Assembly (NCBI GenBank): GCA_013239625.1
Contig: MU054187.1
Coordinates: 10,499,231 to 10,563,230 of the forward strand
Direction of reading: 5' to 3'
Length of the DNA stretch: 64,000 bases
Origin: Lama guanicoe
Taxonomy: Eukaryota
Position 1 is the first letter of the stretch. Each line of letters opens with the position of its first letter. The position numbers and the translations under genes were made by a program. The notes under the pieces are model-generated. The model searched no databases, had not been told where the DNA came from, and was given only the letters and a program-made list of their open reading frames with translations. Shown piece by piece: positions 38,481-52,622 of this stretch.

Positions 38481-40320
38481 CCTTAAAAACTCGTAAGGAG
38501 GGGAGGCCACAGAATCTAGTTATGCAAATACTCCACACCACAATATAGAGCAAAATTATTTTGAAACCAAAGGTTTTTCAATCTTTATACTTCAGTAGGG
38601 TCATTTTCTGAAGGGACCCAAGATCTCTCTATTTGAGCTAAATGTTACAGTGTTGATCAGACACTTAACTGGAATTTCATTTTAAGTATGAATATCTACC
38701 AGTCAAGAAAAATATAAAAAAAAACCTGTGCAGAGTTCACAGCAAGATCATGAAGAAAATCAATGCCTTGGAAAATAGGACCTAAAGATAGATTTATGTA
38801 TGTGTATTTGTATGTATGTGTGTATATTTATGTGCCGTAATTATTTGCCTGTGACTAAAACTGCTATTGAGGATATTCAGCTTTTAAAAATGTGATTGAT
38901 TTTTAAAAGTGTGATGCACCAACTTATAAGAAATTCTTTTTTGATACTGGTCCCCCCCGAGAGAATGCGCAGTTACCTGTGTGTTAGTCTGCCTCGCATT
39001 CTCTTCTCTCTTTGGCCTCAAAGCCAACTTTTGTAGCTAGCTGGCCTGAATCCATAATTTATTGCATGTGTGTAGGCTTCTTACAAAGGACATTTATAGG
39101 TTGCTTTCAAAATGAACATGGACGTGCAGGATGGTGATGGCCTGGGGTTGACAGACACTTAGATGAATTACTCAGTTTGGTTTTTGACAAAGTTTTGATG
39201 AGGGTTTAGGATGTATAGGCTAGAATATGCTCACTTTTCTAAAGGAACTCCACGAGTATGATAGCACCTTGAGACCCCGCCCTGCAGCCAGCCCTTCCTC
39301 TCCAGGGCAGGCTTCGAACTGCAGAGGAGAGGAGGATAGGGAGCCTCCTACTAGTGCACTTTACCTCTTAGCTTTTGCTCAGTGTGTCCACATAACACAA
39401 CACATTAATAATTATTTCAGCATATTAAATTATTAGCAGACTTTGGCGATGAGTCACATGGAAATAGTTCGGGTCTACTGAAATCTCCTGAACGACTAGG
39501 TATTCCTGAGTCTTCTTGAATTATTTCTTAGAATTTTTCCTCTTTAATCTATTTAAATAAACCCAGTTTTAAAAACAGTCTCCCCTAAGTGTTCAGTGAT
39601 TCAAGTATAAATATGCATAACTGCCTAATTCATTATTACAAATGTTCATCTGGAAACCTGGATTTTTTCTTTTTTTACTTTGTGTTGTATAGCTTTTAAG
39701 ATTAAAGGCTGGTACTAGTCATACTATACACAAAGTTTTGAAATATTTTGTGCTATTTTTAAAATGAGTAAGATCTTTATGAAGGATTATAAATGTATTG
39801 AGAGACTTGTCCATCAAGTATACAGTTAGCACATCATAAAATAATATAGGAAAGATATTTTACAGCTGGATAACACTTAATAACCTCCCACACAGTCAGC
39901 TTTCTTTGAAGAAGGATCATAAATACTAACTGAATTTTACTAGGGCTTGAAAAAAATAGGAATCACCATTTAGTTAAAATGAGAAATAAAGGTGAGAGAA
40001 ATCAAGTGAAATTGTACATAACCAGATTTTAGTGTCTGTCAGAGTCTGATTGCACATCACACTGAGTAGAAGCGCCAGATCGCCCTCCCACCTGGATATT
40101 GTCCTTAGCCCAGAGCTTCAGTTTATTTAAAAAGCTAATACATACGTCACATCTTGTAAAGCAGCCAGTGCTGTTATGAATGGGGGGACACAGTAAAAAA
40201 ACACCAAGAGCCTAACATTTGATGTTGTTGACTGAAATGGTATCTCTTTTTCAAAGACCGGCTTAAAATATATTGCTTTAACTCTGTTTTGCATTAAGTT
40301 TAATAACAAAGTTTTTGTGA

Positions 40321-40446
<126 letters not shown>

Positions 40447-42809
40447 TGATTGGCAGATGAAGCGTGGCATGGAAGAGTGAGCTCCTGTGTAAGGCAGACT
40501 TTTCACGTGAATAATTCATCTGCAGTGAATTTGAGCTTAGAAATACTTTGTTAGGGAGAGCAATTGGAGGAGAAAAGTAGGATAAAGGAGAGGAGAACCA
40601 TTTTAAAATGAAAACTTATGTTTGGCTGAAACATGTTAAATACTGACATTAAACACAGACACAAAAACAGCTGAGAGAGTCATAAAGTAGCGGTAATGTG
40701 CACAATAGGACATTACATCATGTATGTAATAGTGCATAATAGTGTCGAAGGACATGCACGGTTCCTAGTATAGAGAGTATGAATGCAGAAAACATTTAAT
40801 GAATGGATTGATTTTCTTAAGTTGTACTGTTTTATAAGTATGTATGTGATACTGTGTTCCCATCGTTTATTCCTTGTAGAATAGAGCAAACGCTAGACTT
40901 GTTTTAGCTCTACAACTGTTACTAATATCGACAGGTTGTCAATTTGCTTGTACAGGAGGGTTGTGGATGGAGGAGGTTAGTGTGATTTTAAGCACTCATT
41001 ATAAGTGCTTTATTAGTCAAGGACAGGATGTTTTTGCTCTGTAGATGAGAAGGTGTGGACTTTTATAAGTATATTCATGAAATCATGATTAGTCACAAAC
41101 ATTAAGTAAAATGAGGTTGAAATAAACTATTCTTCTATTTGAAAAAAACATTGTCTGTAATATGAATGCTTAGTAAATTGAACCACATTTTTTCCTAGAA
41201 TTTTAACTAGAATTTCAAAAGTATGCTTCTAAGAAAAGACAAGATGAAATAAAATCTTAATTAGTTAATTAAATGTTAATTATTGCAAAATGACTTTTAT
41301 TCTCATATAGAAGCATATCTTTATCATATTGCACTTAAACGTGGGATTGAGGCACAGAGCAGCTCTCCCCTCCCATGTACTTTCTTTACCATCCTGGGTC
41401 CCAGAAGAGAGAAAAATGTTTATAATCCATCAGGAGCACAGTTTTTCAAATGCTCACCTGTGTGTCATTGCCCTGTGCCATTGTTAGCATCCTAAGAAAT
41501 TATCCAGTACTTAGAATAGGAACCCATGATTGCTGCAAGTCGGGGGAAAATATGCAACGTGTAAGACTCACGTGGTGGCTGAGATGGGGCACTTAGGTCG
41601 GGAACCAAGTCATTGTGTGGAGAGGTTCCTCCGTGGCTAATGGTGGGATGGAGGTGTAGAGCCCCGCGAGACAGCTGGCACAGGTGGAAATCCCTTTCTC
41701 TGCTGCAGACTGTAATAAGTTGCAAATACTCCCATGCTAACATGCTAGAAGGCTATCTGTCCGCAGCGGGATGTACACGTTATTTTTTTATAAGGTGGCA
41801 GTAATTCATTTGAATGCTTTCTAAGGAGACTGTTTAGTGACATTTAGAAATCTTACCTGTGTAAAATGTGCTTCAGTAACCCGAATGCTTAAGACATTGT
41901 GCCTGAGGCGGGAGGAAGTGGGGTAGGGAAGGCAGGCCCAAAGGGCCGGTCTCTCCTCTATTGGCCCCTTCTTCCCCTGGTGGAACCACCCGTTCTCCTG
42001 TTGCCTCAGCCCTCTCTGTTTTTTTCCCTTTCTCTGTTTTCTCAGAGGCTCAGAATTCCTGTCTCTCACGTCCTTTTTTCTCCCCTCAGATAATGTGACG
42101 GTCACCACTTGTGACATCCGCACTGGTGGTCTAAGTGAGCTTTGTACTGATTATCGTGATGACTGTGCTTATGGTATATGGGATCCTGGGGCATTAGGTA
42201 TGGAAATGTGAGGGCGCAGTGCCTTTGGACGCATGGGCATCACATGCCGTCCTCAGCGTACCTGTGTCAGATGTAGGGGAGTGAGAGTCTGTGAGGAGTG
42301 ATGGAGCTTTTACATAAACGGTCCTTGGAGCCAGTCCCATGAAAAAGTTCTGCTAGTGTTGGTAAGATCCCAGCCTTCAGAGGCTCAGTGTCTGGGGAAT
42401 AGGATTGTGGAACAAGGCTTAAGACCCTGGTGGGTATGAATTAGTTGGGGAGCCAAGGCATTACAGTGTATTTAGTTATTTAGTGGTCGTAAGTTAATTG
42501 TCTGATGGTACCTCTTAGCATGAACTTCAATGCTCAAATTTCACTGAAATGTGACAAAGAGATTCATTAGACTTTATTTCCTCTTAAATTTGCGTAAGCA
42601 GCATGTCGCAGGAATTTGGTTGCAAATAGTTGTTACAAGGTCAGTTAGAGAAATTTGAGGATGCAGCTGGATACCTTCCCTTAACTTCCTGCAAAGCGGA
42701 TTTATTTTTCTCACGAGTGTGTCCACTAGGTCTTTGGGGAAAGCGAACATTCTCTGCCAGGACTTGGAAATTCAAAAAGAGTTTTTGAAGATGGGTAAGA
42801 TCTCGAAAG

Positions 42810-42945
42810 CCAACTGATATACCCTGCTAACATTTGAGATGATGAGAGTGAGGCCAGGTGTAAGAACTAACTCGTCCAAGCTCACCTGGCTGTTTAGTAC
42901 AGAGCTGAGGCTAGAGTTGTGGTATTAGGTTCCCACATCCATGAC
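42810..42945 (-). mobile_element. MIR SINE fragment
   Basis: catttgagatgatgagagtgaggcc...taactcgtccaagctcacctggctgtttagtacagagctgaggctaga. Confidence 0.6.
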
Positions 42946-45900
42946 TTGAGAAGTACAGAGCAGAAATGCCGTATGGGTTTGGAATCAATGGGACCAATTA
43001 GAGGGCTGTGAATGGACAGATATTAGCGTGTGGAGATTAATTTTGGTTGTTACGTCTTCTAAGAGGCGATCTGGGTGCTGCACCAACTTTCTCCTTTCTT
43101 GTTTTCTTAGTCATTTCCATCATAGAGTTTTCATTTCTTTGTGATGAGCTTGGCTTTTAAGTCTTCTTGTTTTGTGTACCATGAGTGGGAGCTCTGATGC
43201 TGATAGATCCCAACAGAGCTGATCAATGTCCACATGTCAGGTCCTGGATTCCGGATAAGTTGAATGAGGGATTGGCAAATACCATCCGGCTCAGCGACTC
43301 ATTGTTGAAACCAAAACCACACAATAACTATACTATATTGAGGTGTGAATAATAGTAATGAATTAATCAAGATATATTTTAAAGCATGCTTAGAATTCAT
43401 GATGAAAAATTTACATGCTTTCCCATCTATGGGAATATATTATAGAATTCCTGAGTATTTTTGTAACTGTAGGTATAAGTAAAATGCTTTTCTTTTCTAA
43501 GAGGCTTCATCACACAACTGATTGCATTGATTTAGCTTAAAATTTACAGAAGAAATAATTGTACTTGGAAAGAGATTGAACTTTTAGTATATAACTCTCT
43601 TAAATCTTTTGAGAAGTAAATAAATATAATTATATTTTTATTTGTGATGCTTAATGATTTGGATTATATCATGGTTATATATTAGAATAGAAAATTTTTA
43701 ATTAAATGATGGTATGATGGGCAGAAGTGTAAAGATTTGTATGTATATTTCTTTTAATATATCTATGATACGCATTATTTCCCGAGTTCAAGGAGGATGG
43801 GAGCCATTGAGGTTGTGGCCAGATTTCCATTCTACTAAACTCTACATCCAATTCATTTCAGTGAGTTCTAACTTAATTCCTCTTTGAAGATTCTTCCTGG
43901 GGATAGTAGTTTGATCATGATGCTATAAGAAATATCCAGCTTAAGAGCTGTCATAGGAAAGCACTGAGCCTTTTGGAATTAATTTTCATGGTACAGGCTT
44001 GGAAAGCCCTTCAAAAAGTAGCACAAGATCATTTATATTCTCTCTTAACAACTAGTTTATTTGTGTGTTTGGACAGAGGGCGAGACTGTTTGACCTCTAG
44101 AAAATGTGATCTGTAGTCTGGGATTGGGCGAACCATAAATTGTAGTATGATAGTCAAATTTGAATTGGATAAGATGGAAATTTTTTATTCTTAAAGATCT
44201 GTTCATTTTTAAAGAAATAGTTCAGCTGTCATTTTTAATATAAATATTTGAAATCTTTTAAAGATGTTGAATGCATTATTTTTATGAAACTAAATTTTGC
44301 TTATTGAAGAAAACTTGGAAATTGCAGAAAAATAGGCAAATGAAAAACACTAGATAATCTCATCAATTAAAGATAAATAAATGATAAAGTTAAAAAATTT
44401 TTTTCTTCAATTTCTCTTTGGTGCACAGATTAAAAAATAACTTCAAAAATGAACTTTATAATTTTCTATCCTTTATCACTTAAGTAAAAGCATTATCTTA
44501 ATGATAGTCCTCTTTATCTTCAGATCTTATCACCAAATAAATATAGTTTTTATTGCATAGTCAACAGTCAATGGAACACATAAACCATAGTTACCTTAAC
44601 AACTAGTATTGTTGCATAAGCTGGATTTAATACATTCTTAATTAAAAAGCAGCATAACTTTACAATATTGAGAAGAGTACTGGGAGCATAATAGTTCTTT
44701 TCAGATATACACATTTTCAACGTTATTCATTTAAGGCCGTGTTTTGGAGAATTTAAAAAGGTCAATGCAGGAGCTACTTTTTAGAGTTTTTAGAAGGAAA
44801 TGCTAGAAACTTTTTCTGTCATAAATAATATCATATATGTTGTTTTGGATGCCAGAAAAGTTTCTTTTTTTATTTGGCAAAATTAAAGATTTATTCTAAA
44901 AAATAATTTTCTCAATATTAAGTATTTATAATGTGGGTGTGTTATAATTTTAAAAATTGCTCTTAGAAATTTACACATTCCCATTGTTGATCACCAGAAG
45001 GCAGGTTAAATACATTATTTAGACCCTAGTTTCCTGATATTTTGAATAGTAAATTCTGCCAGTTTCTTCCCTTTTCTAGCTTAGCTGTGTAATACTTGGC
45101 TATTGTCCATCTTATTAAAATACAAGTTATTGAAAGGATATCAGTGTATCCTCTGAGATTTATAGTTAGTTCTATCAGCTTTGGAAAAACCCCATCTCAT
45201 TATACAAAACTTTGCAGAATTAAGAGTAAGGAATTTGCAAACTACAGTTTCAAAGTAAAAGTGACTTGTTCAGGACTGCCCCTTGGATTTTTTTCTTTTT
45301 TGAAAAAAATCAGTGACCAGAGTCTGTTGAATTTGGATATTCCACATTTCATGAATGTTAATTTTAATTCCATCTCTTTTTAACACTTCCTGTAAAATTA
45401 ATATTTTAAATCCACTGAAATTTATAAACTTCTGTTTACTGGCAATTAACAGATTATTTTGTTATTCTTGCATTCAAAAAGTATTTTGCAATTCCTCCTA
45501 AGGAAAAGCACTGTTGGACTTTTCTGTGATCTTAATGAGGGCATTCTTTATTGATAAGTTTAATTATTATTTTATAAAATGAAGATATTGAAATATGTAC
45601 TATAAAATTATGAAGCTATTTATATATCACTAAGTCTTTGAAATAAGTGAGAAAAATTGCCTATTTTGTATAAAATGGATAATTTAGTAACTATGATATC
45701 ACAAAATATTTATACAGCATTTGGAGGCCTGTTGTATGTTTAGACACCAATGTGTGTATATACATGTATATGTACACACGTGTGTGACCATGTTTAAAAT
45801 TATTTATGAGTTTTAAAATTGGCATGATAGAAGGTACCTGGCACATAAACTTTAAAAAGGAACATTATCTTTTCATTTTAAGTTATTAGGTGACACAAAG

Positions 45901-46069
45901 TGTTCTTTTAAAACATTGTATCTATACAACAATTCATCTGTTATTTGAGATAGTAGATTTGATAGTCAGCTGATGGTTTGCTCCCTGTACAGGAAACAGT
46001 AGCCACACGCAGGCACATGCTGACTTGTCTGCTTCTGAGTTAATCGTGCAATTTCCAAGGGAAGTTCAT

Positions 46070-46470
46070 TTGCACAGGCTGGAGTGGTCAGGCAAGGCTT
46101 CCTGGAAGACGTGGGTACACTTTACAGGGACGTGAGAGGCAATGAGGCAGAGAACAGAGCGAGGAGTTTTGGCGACAGCCTCGGCCTGGGGACTCGTAGT
46201 TATTCACAGGACAGGGAGGGAGAGCAGCAGACAAGAGTGGTGAGAACACATTGGAACATAGTGGAAAATGCGTTGCCTCGATAGAGTGGGGTCAGTCTAA
46301 GGAAAATCTCTAGAGCAAGCCTGCATGTGTTGACTTGATTCAGCAGTGAGCTACGGAAGGCTTTTGAGCTAAGAAATGGCTAATTGAAAAATATTTGAGG
46401 AAAAGTCAGTAGGGTGTGAGGAGGGCAGTGCCAGGCTTATGAAATCCAGGGAGCAAAGGAAGCAAGACCC
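46070..46470 (-). mobile_element. L2 fragment
   Basis: gtggtcaggcaaggcttcctggaagacgtg; gtgagctacggaaggcttttgagc. Confidence 0.55.
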
Positions 46471-48334
46471 AGGTTACAGAGGGGGCTGGCTCAGGGCACG
46501 TTCTATACTGAACAGGGTCAGAGCATCACTCTGGTGAGTTTGGCATGTGAACTTGAGCTCCCTTGTGTGCTGTGGGAGGAGTACATGATGCTCATTTTAA
46601 AGAAAGGCCCATATTTTATCACTGCAGTCTGCATGTGGTTCCTGTGGTTTTCTTATCTAGAATATGGTTAGAGGGGTAACAACACTGGTGGGAATACAGG
46701 ATCTTTTAAGCTGCAGAGCTACCGTTCACTTAGCAATCGTGGCCTGATGTTGGAGGAAGGAAGAGAGTCTGAGATCTTGTGCTTGTTTGTGATACTGGCT
46801 TTGTAAGGTGACAGCTTGGGGGAGGAAGGTGTGGAAACACATACAATCTTTTTTTTTCCCCTATCATTTTATTATAATTTCTTAGTTGGTTATTTTATAA
46901 GTATTGAGGAGGGATAGTGGTGTAATTAGGGACTAATAATTTTTACTACCTTACTAATTCCACGGATACTTCTCTGACATGTATTGTGAGGGCTTTGCAT
47001 AGGAGATGTGAAGGTAGGAAGAAAAGTACAAAAATTCCTTTTAACAACAGGTGGTTATTTCTTTATTGGGGAAAATCCTCTGCCAGTTTAAATGTGTATT
47101 ATCAGAAATTGTTATTTGGTATTTATGAGATTATCACATATACATACGCATTACAGACCAATATCTAATATAATTCTATCCTGGCTCAAATGTAACCTGG
47201 AATTTTTAAAGAACGCCCCCCAACTATACAGAATCATTTGATAATGCATTTTTGGAACAGTTATTCTGCTCACAGATAATACATGGTGATTTTGGAACTA
47301 AAAAGACTATGAGAACCAGCTTATGGAAGAATGAGTACCAGCCAGCTCCTCCTCTACTCGGAATTTACCAAATACATAGATCAAAACAAACTAACTAACA
47401 AGCGAAAACAGGTGCAGTTCTACAAAATCATCTCTCCAAACCACCTCTAATGCTCCGAGGCTCACCTCCTGTAAAGCCACCGTGGCTTCTTCGCGTCTCG
47501 CAGGGGAGACAAATGAAAGATGCCACTTTAACTGAGTCAGATGCTGATTCAGGCCTTTGTCATGTGTTTGGTCTTGGAATCTTTGCTTTGCTGACCATCT
47601 TGCCAGTAGAGGCTGGCTACAAGTAATGTCACTACTCTCTCTACCTGCCATGAGGTGGAGAGCTGCCAGAGAGGTTTTGCTGTAGAAAAAGACAATTAAA
47701 TGTGAATTCATAGTCAAAGAAACATTTTTGCCGAGTGTCTTCCTGCCAATTGTCTGGAATTATGTGGCTTCCACCACTTGCCAGGATTGTGGATTGGCAT
47801 TTACACATTTCCATTTGTTGCGCCTTAGGTAAACGCATTCTTAGTATGTCCCATTTGTTTGTTTTGATTCTTATTGTGCTGTTTATTAACTAATCGAGAA
47901 TTGTTCTTTGTGGGGGGGGTACAGTTTGTCTCTGAAACCTAGAACAATATTTCAGAGGAATATTAGACAAAATGAACCTGACATCATGAATATTTGATTA
48001 TTAAGATGAAAATTCTTTCAAAGTTCTTCTTTTATTGCTTTAGGAATTTAACAATATTTTTGGACATAGAGAAAAAGAATGTTAATGAGTTTGGGTGTTT
48101 AATTTCATGTAATAGGTTGATGTTGTGAGTTAGAAATGTTCCATTATTGAGGTCTGACTGCATTTACTATGTACATGTTTCTTTAATTTAAAATTGTTTT
48201 TCATGTTCTTCAATACACATATGTAAAGCAAAGATATTTTGAAGAATTCACTAGTTTTGGAACTTTTTTGAATTCAGTGATTGCGTTGCTCTAATATTAT
48301 ATAGTATATTTATTCATTCACCTTTACCCATTAA

Positions 48335-48538
<204 letters not shown>

Positions 48539-48736
48539 TAACAAGAGAGCAGAAAATGGGCAAAGTATGAGAAAGTAAATGGTGTCTGATGTTCATTTAG
48601 ATTAACTACGTGATGCAAGCCCTATGCTAAAATACTTTCTGAATACTTCCGCTATTGTTACTGAAATAAAACAAACGAAAAACCTTATCTAGTTAGCAAA
48701 ATAATTGCACTGGGGCTTGCAGTGTCTTTTAAATAC

Positions 48737-49085
48737 CATCTTAGTCTGTTGAGCCTGCTATAACAGAACACCATATACTGGGTGGCTTATGAGCAACAGA
48801 GATTTACTTCTCACAGTTCTGGAGGTGGGGACGGCCAAGATTCGGTATCTGGGGAAGGCTGTTTCCTGGTTCACAGATGGCCATCCTCTCGCTGTGTCCT
48901 CACCTAGCAGGGATGAGAGAGCTCTCTGGGGTTTCCTTAGTAAGGGCACTAATCTCATTCAGGAGGGCTCCACTCTCATGCCCTAATCACCCCAAGGTCC
49001 CACATCCTAATACCATCATAGTGGGCATTAGGTTTCCATATATGGATTTGGGGGGGAGGGGTGCACAGACATTCAATCTACCACA
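48737..49085. mobile_element. MLT1A-type solo LTR, near full length
   Basis: tcttagtctgttgagcctgctataacagaacaccata...ttctcacagttctggagg...taagggcactaatctcattcaggagggctccac...acagacattcaatctaccaca. Confidence 0.9.
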
Positions 49086-50149
49086 AATGGTTTCCTTTGC
49101 TTTAAAGTTTGTTCAGTTTTCTTTGCATTCTATTCTTGCTATTTCTAAAGCATCATTATAAAGTTTTCCTTTAAGAGACAAGCTTTAATAATATAACACA
49201 GTACTGTGGGGCCTGCAACAACTATTCCCTACATATTTGACACTGATAATTCCTACGCCAAATATTTTACTATCCTAATTATAAAATAAGCACCTTGGAC
49301 ATATATTTATTGACTTTGTAATTTTGTTACAGTGCCATTGAGTATACTGTAATATAACTCAGGAGCTGGTTCACATGAGGAGGCCTAGTTCAACTTCACT
49401 TCATGTTTTTATCAAGATTTGCAAACAATATTCAGTTGTGTGAAGTTTATCTGCAAGTATGCAAATTTCTGTAATTTAGCTAGGAAATAGAAATGCTTGT
49501 GTAACTACTCTTTTCTTTATCAAATAATTGGTGAGAAATGTGACAGTGTTCATTCTTTTACCAGAGATCTAGGAATAAAGTATCTCATTGGTGATGAAAT
49601 TTTGGAACACGAGAGTTTTTTCTTCCGTCTTTAGATATTTCACCTTAAAGAATGTACAAGGTTTCTGCCTCGATTAAAATACTCAGAGTACACATTTTTT
49701 TATAAGAATTTCCAAAACGTTTAAAAATACTTAATCTTTTGGTTGATCTTAGGTGAAGAAGCAGATAGAAAAGTTTAAAACCAAGATTATGAATGCATAA
49801 CTGACTCTTTACATTTTGTTGCATCTAGCAGCCAATTCAAATAGCATATCAAATCATTTAAGAGGTAAATTGAATTTTTCATCAAGTTTGAACCTTAATT
49901 TTCCTCAGAATGACTATTCATATATATATACCCTACACCAAAAACAAAAAAGGGAGAAAGCAAGAGACAAACGTGCATTCTGTAACTCTGCTTATGTTAG
50001 CAGGCTCTGTCCTTCATGGATTATTCACCATTATTTGCAAATGTTGAAGGCTTCTCCATTGTAAAGAGTACAATTTTAGTAAGAAATTTTGTAGCTGGAA
50101 GACTAAAAATAATTCAAGTGTTTCTTCTTCTGCCACCATCCTTCATCCG

Positions 50150-51282
50150 TTCCATCCACTGATTGTCAGTGTTCCTGGGACTTCATCTTTGGCACTAACC
50201 TCCTCTAAACGAGATGCCGTGCCTGCATTGCCTTTTCTCATCAGACTAACTTCCACTCTGCACTGAGGGGTCCTCAGTCTTTATATGCAGCCTTGTCCTC
50301 TCTCTGGAGCTTCACGCTGACATAATCAGCTGACGCCTGGACTCCACCTGAACATCTAACCTCAGCCTGCTCGGTGTGGACTCCTCCTTACCTGAAACCT
50401 TTTGCCCAAGATACCTCCCCACCGCCGTCCTCACGTCAAAAGCCTGGGAAGCATCCTGCTTTCTTCTCTCATACATTTAACCCGCTGATGTGTCCTGTCA
50501 GTTCCACCTCTGAGATGCTTCTCAACTTTATCCTCTTCTCCAGAAAGCCTGCTGTTGTTTACAGAGACTTGAACTTGCCAGAACTATGGCAGTTCCCTCC
50601 TAATGGTCTCCTTTTTAAACCCTCCCCCTTCCAGTTTGTCCCCTACACTGTCCTCTGAGCTTTGTTTCCAAAGAAATAAAACTCTTTCCTGCACTGCCCT
50701 GCCTCTCCCCCTGTCCTGGTTCTAACATGTAGATATCCCCCTGATGCCAAAGGCATGAAGTCCGTGCACTGAGCCTGCAGGTGAGCATGGGCCCTGCCCA
50801 CCCCTCCATCCGACTCCTGTCCCCTCTCCTGAGACCCAGGGCTCAGACTGCCCCTGTGACCACTGTCTCTCTGGAAATCCTGTTCACACCATGCATTCAA
50901 ACATGGCCCTTCTCTGAAACTTTCCTTGACGTTTCTCAAATAGATGTGAGGTACTCTGAATACGTCTCTGCTGTATCACAGTTCTTCCTCTGAGGCTGTC
51001 TTCAGGGCCACCTGTCCAGCTGTGCTGACCTCGTCCTGCAAAGAGGTCCAGAGTCTGAGATACAGCTGCTCTTCCTTCACTGGCCAGACCATGTGCCTCG
51101 GGGGCACAGTTTGCACAAAGGGGCCACAGGGCCCCGGGCATCTCACCTGGCCTGTCTCCCTGGTACCCTGTGAGCTTCTTGAAAACCAGGGCCCTATTGC
51201 ACAGAGCTTTGTAGCCACAGCCCCCAGCACACATGGTAGACACTCAGCAGGTGTTTGTTTAATGATGGCATGGACGAATGAA
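50150..51282 (+). mobile_element. L2 LINE 3' fragment (about 1.1 kb) ending about 45 nt before exon 10
   Basis: Pyrimidine-rich L2 body; 3' end ctgtgagcttcttgaaaaccaggg...gcacacatggtagacactcagcaggtgtttgtttaatga...gaatgaa. Confidence 0.8.
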
Positions 51283-51325
51283 GAGACTTTTGCGGTTAAC
51301 TGTCCTTTGTTTCATTTTTTGATAG

Positions 51326-51470
51326 GTTTAAAATTAGGAATGGAGCAAGATACCTGGGTAATGATCTCTGAACAGGGTGAGAAACTTTATAAAATGATGT
51401 GCAAACAAGGAAATCTGATCAAAGACAGAAAAAGAAAACTGACCACGTTCCCGAAGTGCTTTCTTGGAAG
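51326..51470 (+). CDS. PREX2: PREX2 exon 10 (145 nt, phase 1-2), start of DEP1
   Basis: ttttgatag|GT TTA...GGA AG|gtatgc; (G)[47 protein letters not shown](S). Confidence 0.97.
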
Positions 51471-52369
51471 GTATGCTTGGTGGTTAGGGCGCGTGAATGT
51501 CTTTCGTGTTTCGTGATCTCATGTGTGAACTTTCCTTTAATTATTGGTGTTTCTCTAAAAAATATTCTCCTAAGCGTTTTTGAATATCTCTTTACTGTCA
51601 ACATTTCCTGGGCCATGGTGGGAGGAGAGAGTGGACACAGAGCCAGAAAACCTCAGGCATCCGTTCACTCATCCCCCACTTCAGCAATTTCTGGTGAAGG
51701 GTGAAGCAGAGGCCAGTGTCCAGGGGGGGGCGGAAGGGCAGGTAAGTTTACCTGTCAGGGATGGAGTCTGGCAAGGAAGTGAGTATAGGGCCTGAAGGTC
51801 AGAGCAGCCTAGAGACCCAAAGGCATGCGGTCTAAACCAGCAATTAATTCAGAATTTAGACAGCTGGGCTCAGGATGCAGGGCTGTAGATGAAGTCTGAG
51901 AAAGTGGGCCATACGAGGGGCCAGGCACTGAGCACCAGGCAGGGAGATCGCTTGGGTTTTCAGCACAGAGCAAACTGCGTGCCCTTTGCTTTCTGCAGGA
52001 GGCCGCAGCTGGGAGCCCCTGCTGGGTGGGCCCCGGCCCGGAGGGCAGGGGCTTGGGTCAGGCTCTGTGTGTTATTTCTAATCCTCGAATACATACTTAG
52101 GAGATGAAAAACGTGTTTTTTTAAAGATTCAGAAACCCGAGGTCAGGGAGTTTGACACGCACCAGTTCGTAGGGCTAGTAAATGCCAGTGTCAACTCTGG
52201 AAAAGTAGAGCAGAGTCGGAGTTCAAAGCCCAGCCTTTGCCGTCAGCCTGTCTCCGTTCAGTCCGTCCTGCCGCTGGCTAAGAGATAGGGCAGAGTTAAA
52301 TTTCTCTTTCCCCTCTAACAATGGAAATGATTGTAGTGCTTACCTGTGATACCTACCAGCATGTCTTCT

Positions 52370-52622
52370 TTTTCTTCTTGTCTTTCGGTTTAATTGAGAT
52401 ATAGTTGACATACCACGCTGTATGAGTTTGAGATGGACAGAATAATGGTTTGACTTACCTCCAGCATGAAATGCTTGCCACAGTCAGTTTAGTGAACATC
52501 CGTTATCTCATTTTGATGCAAAATGAAAGAAATGGGAAAAAAATGTTTTTCCTCGTGATGAGAACTCTTAGGATTTACTCTCTTAACTTTCATATGTCAC
52601 GTACAGCAGTGCTAATTGTATT
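52370..52622 (-). mobile_element. L1MA9-like 3' end
   Basis: taattgagatatagttgacata...tttttcctcgtgatgagaactcttaggatttactctcttaac. Confidence 0.8.

Noticed and set aside
45751..45786. Palindromic RY tract
   Set aside because: Decayed TA/TG/CA microsatellite with no evidence of function.
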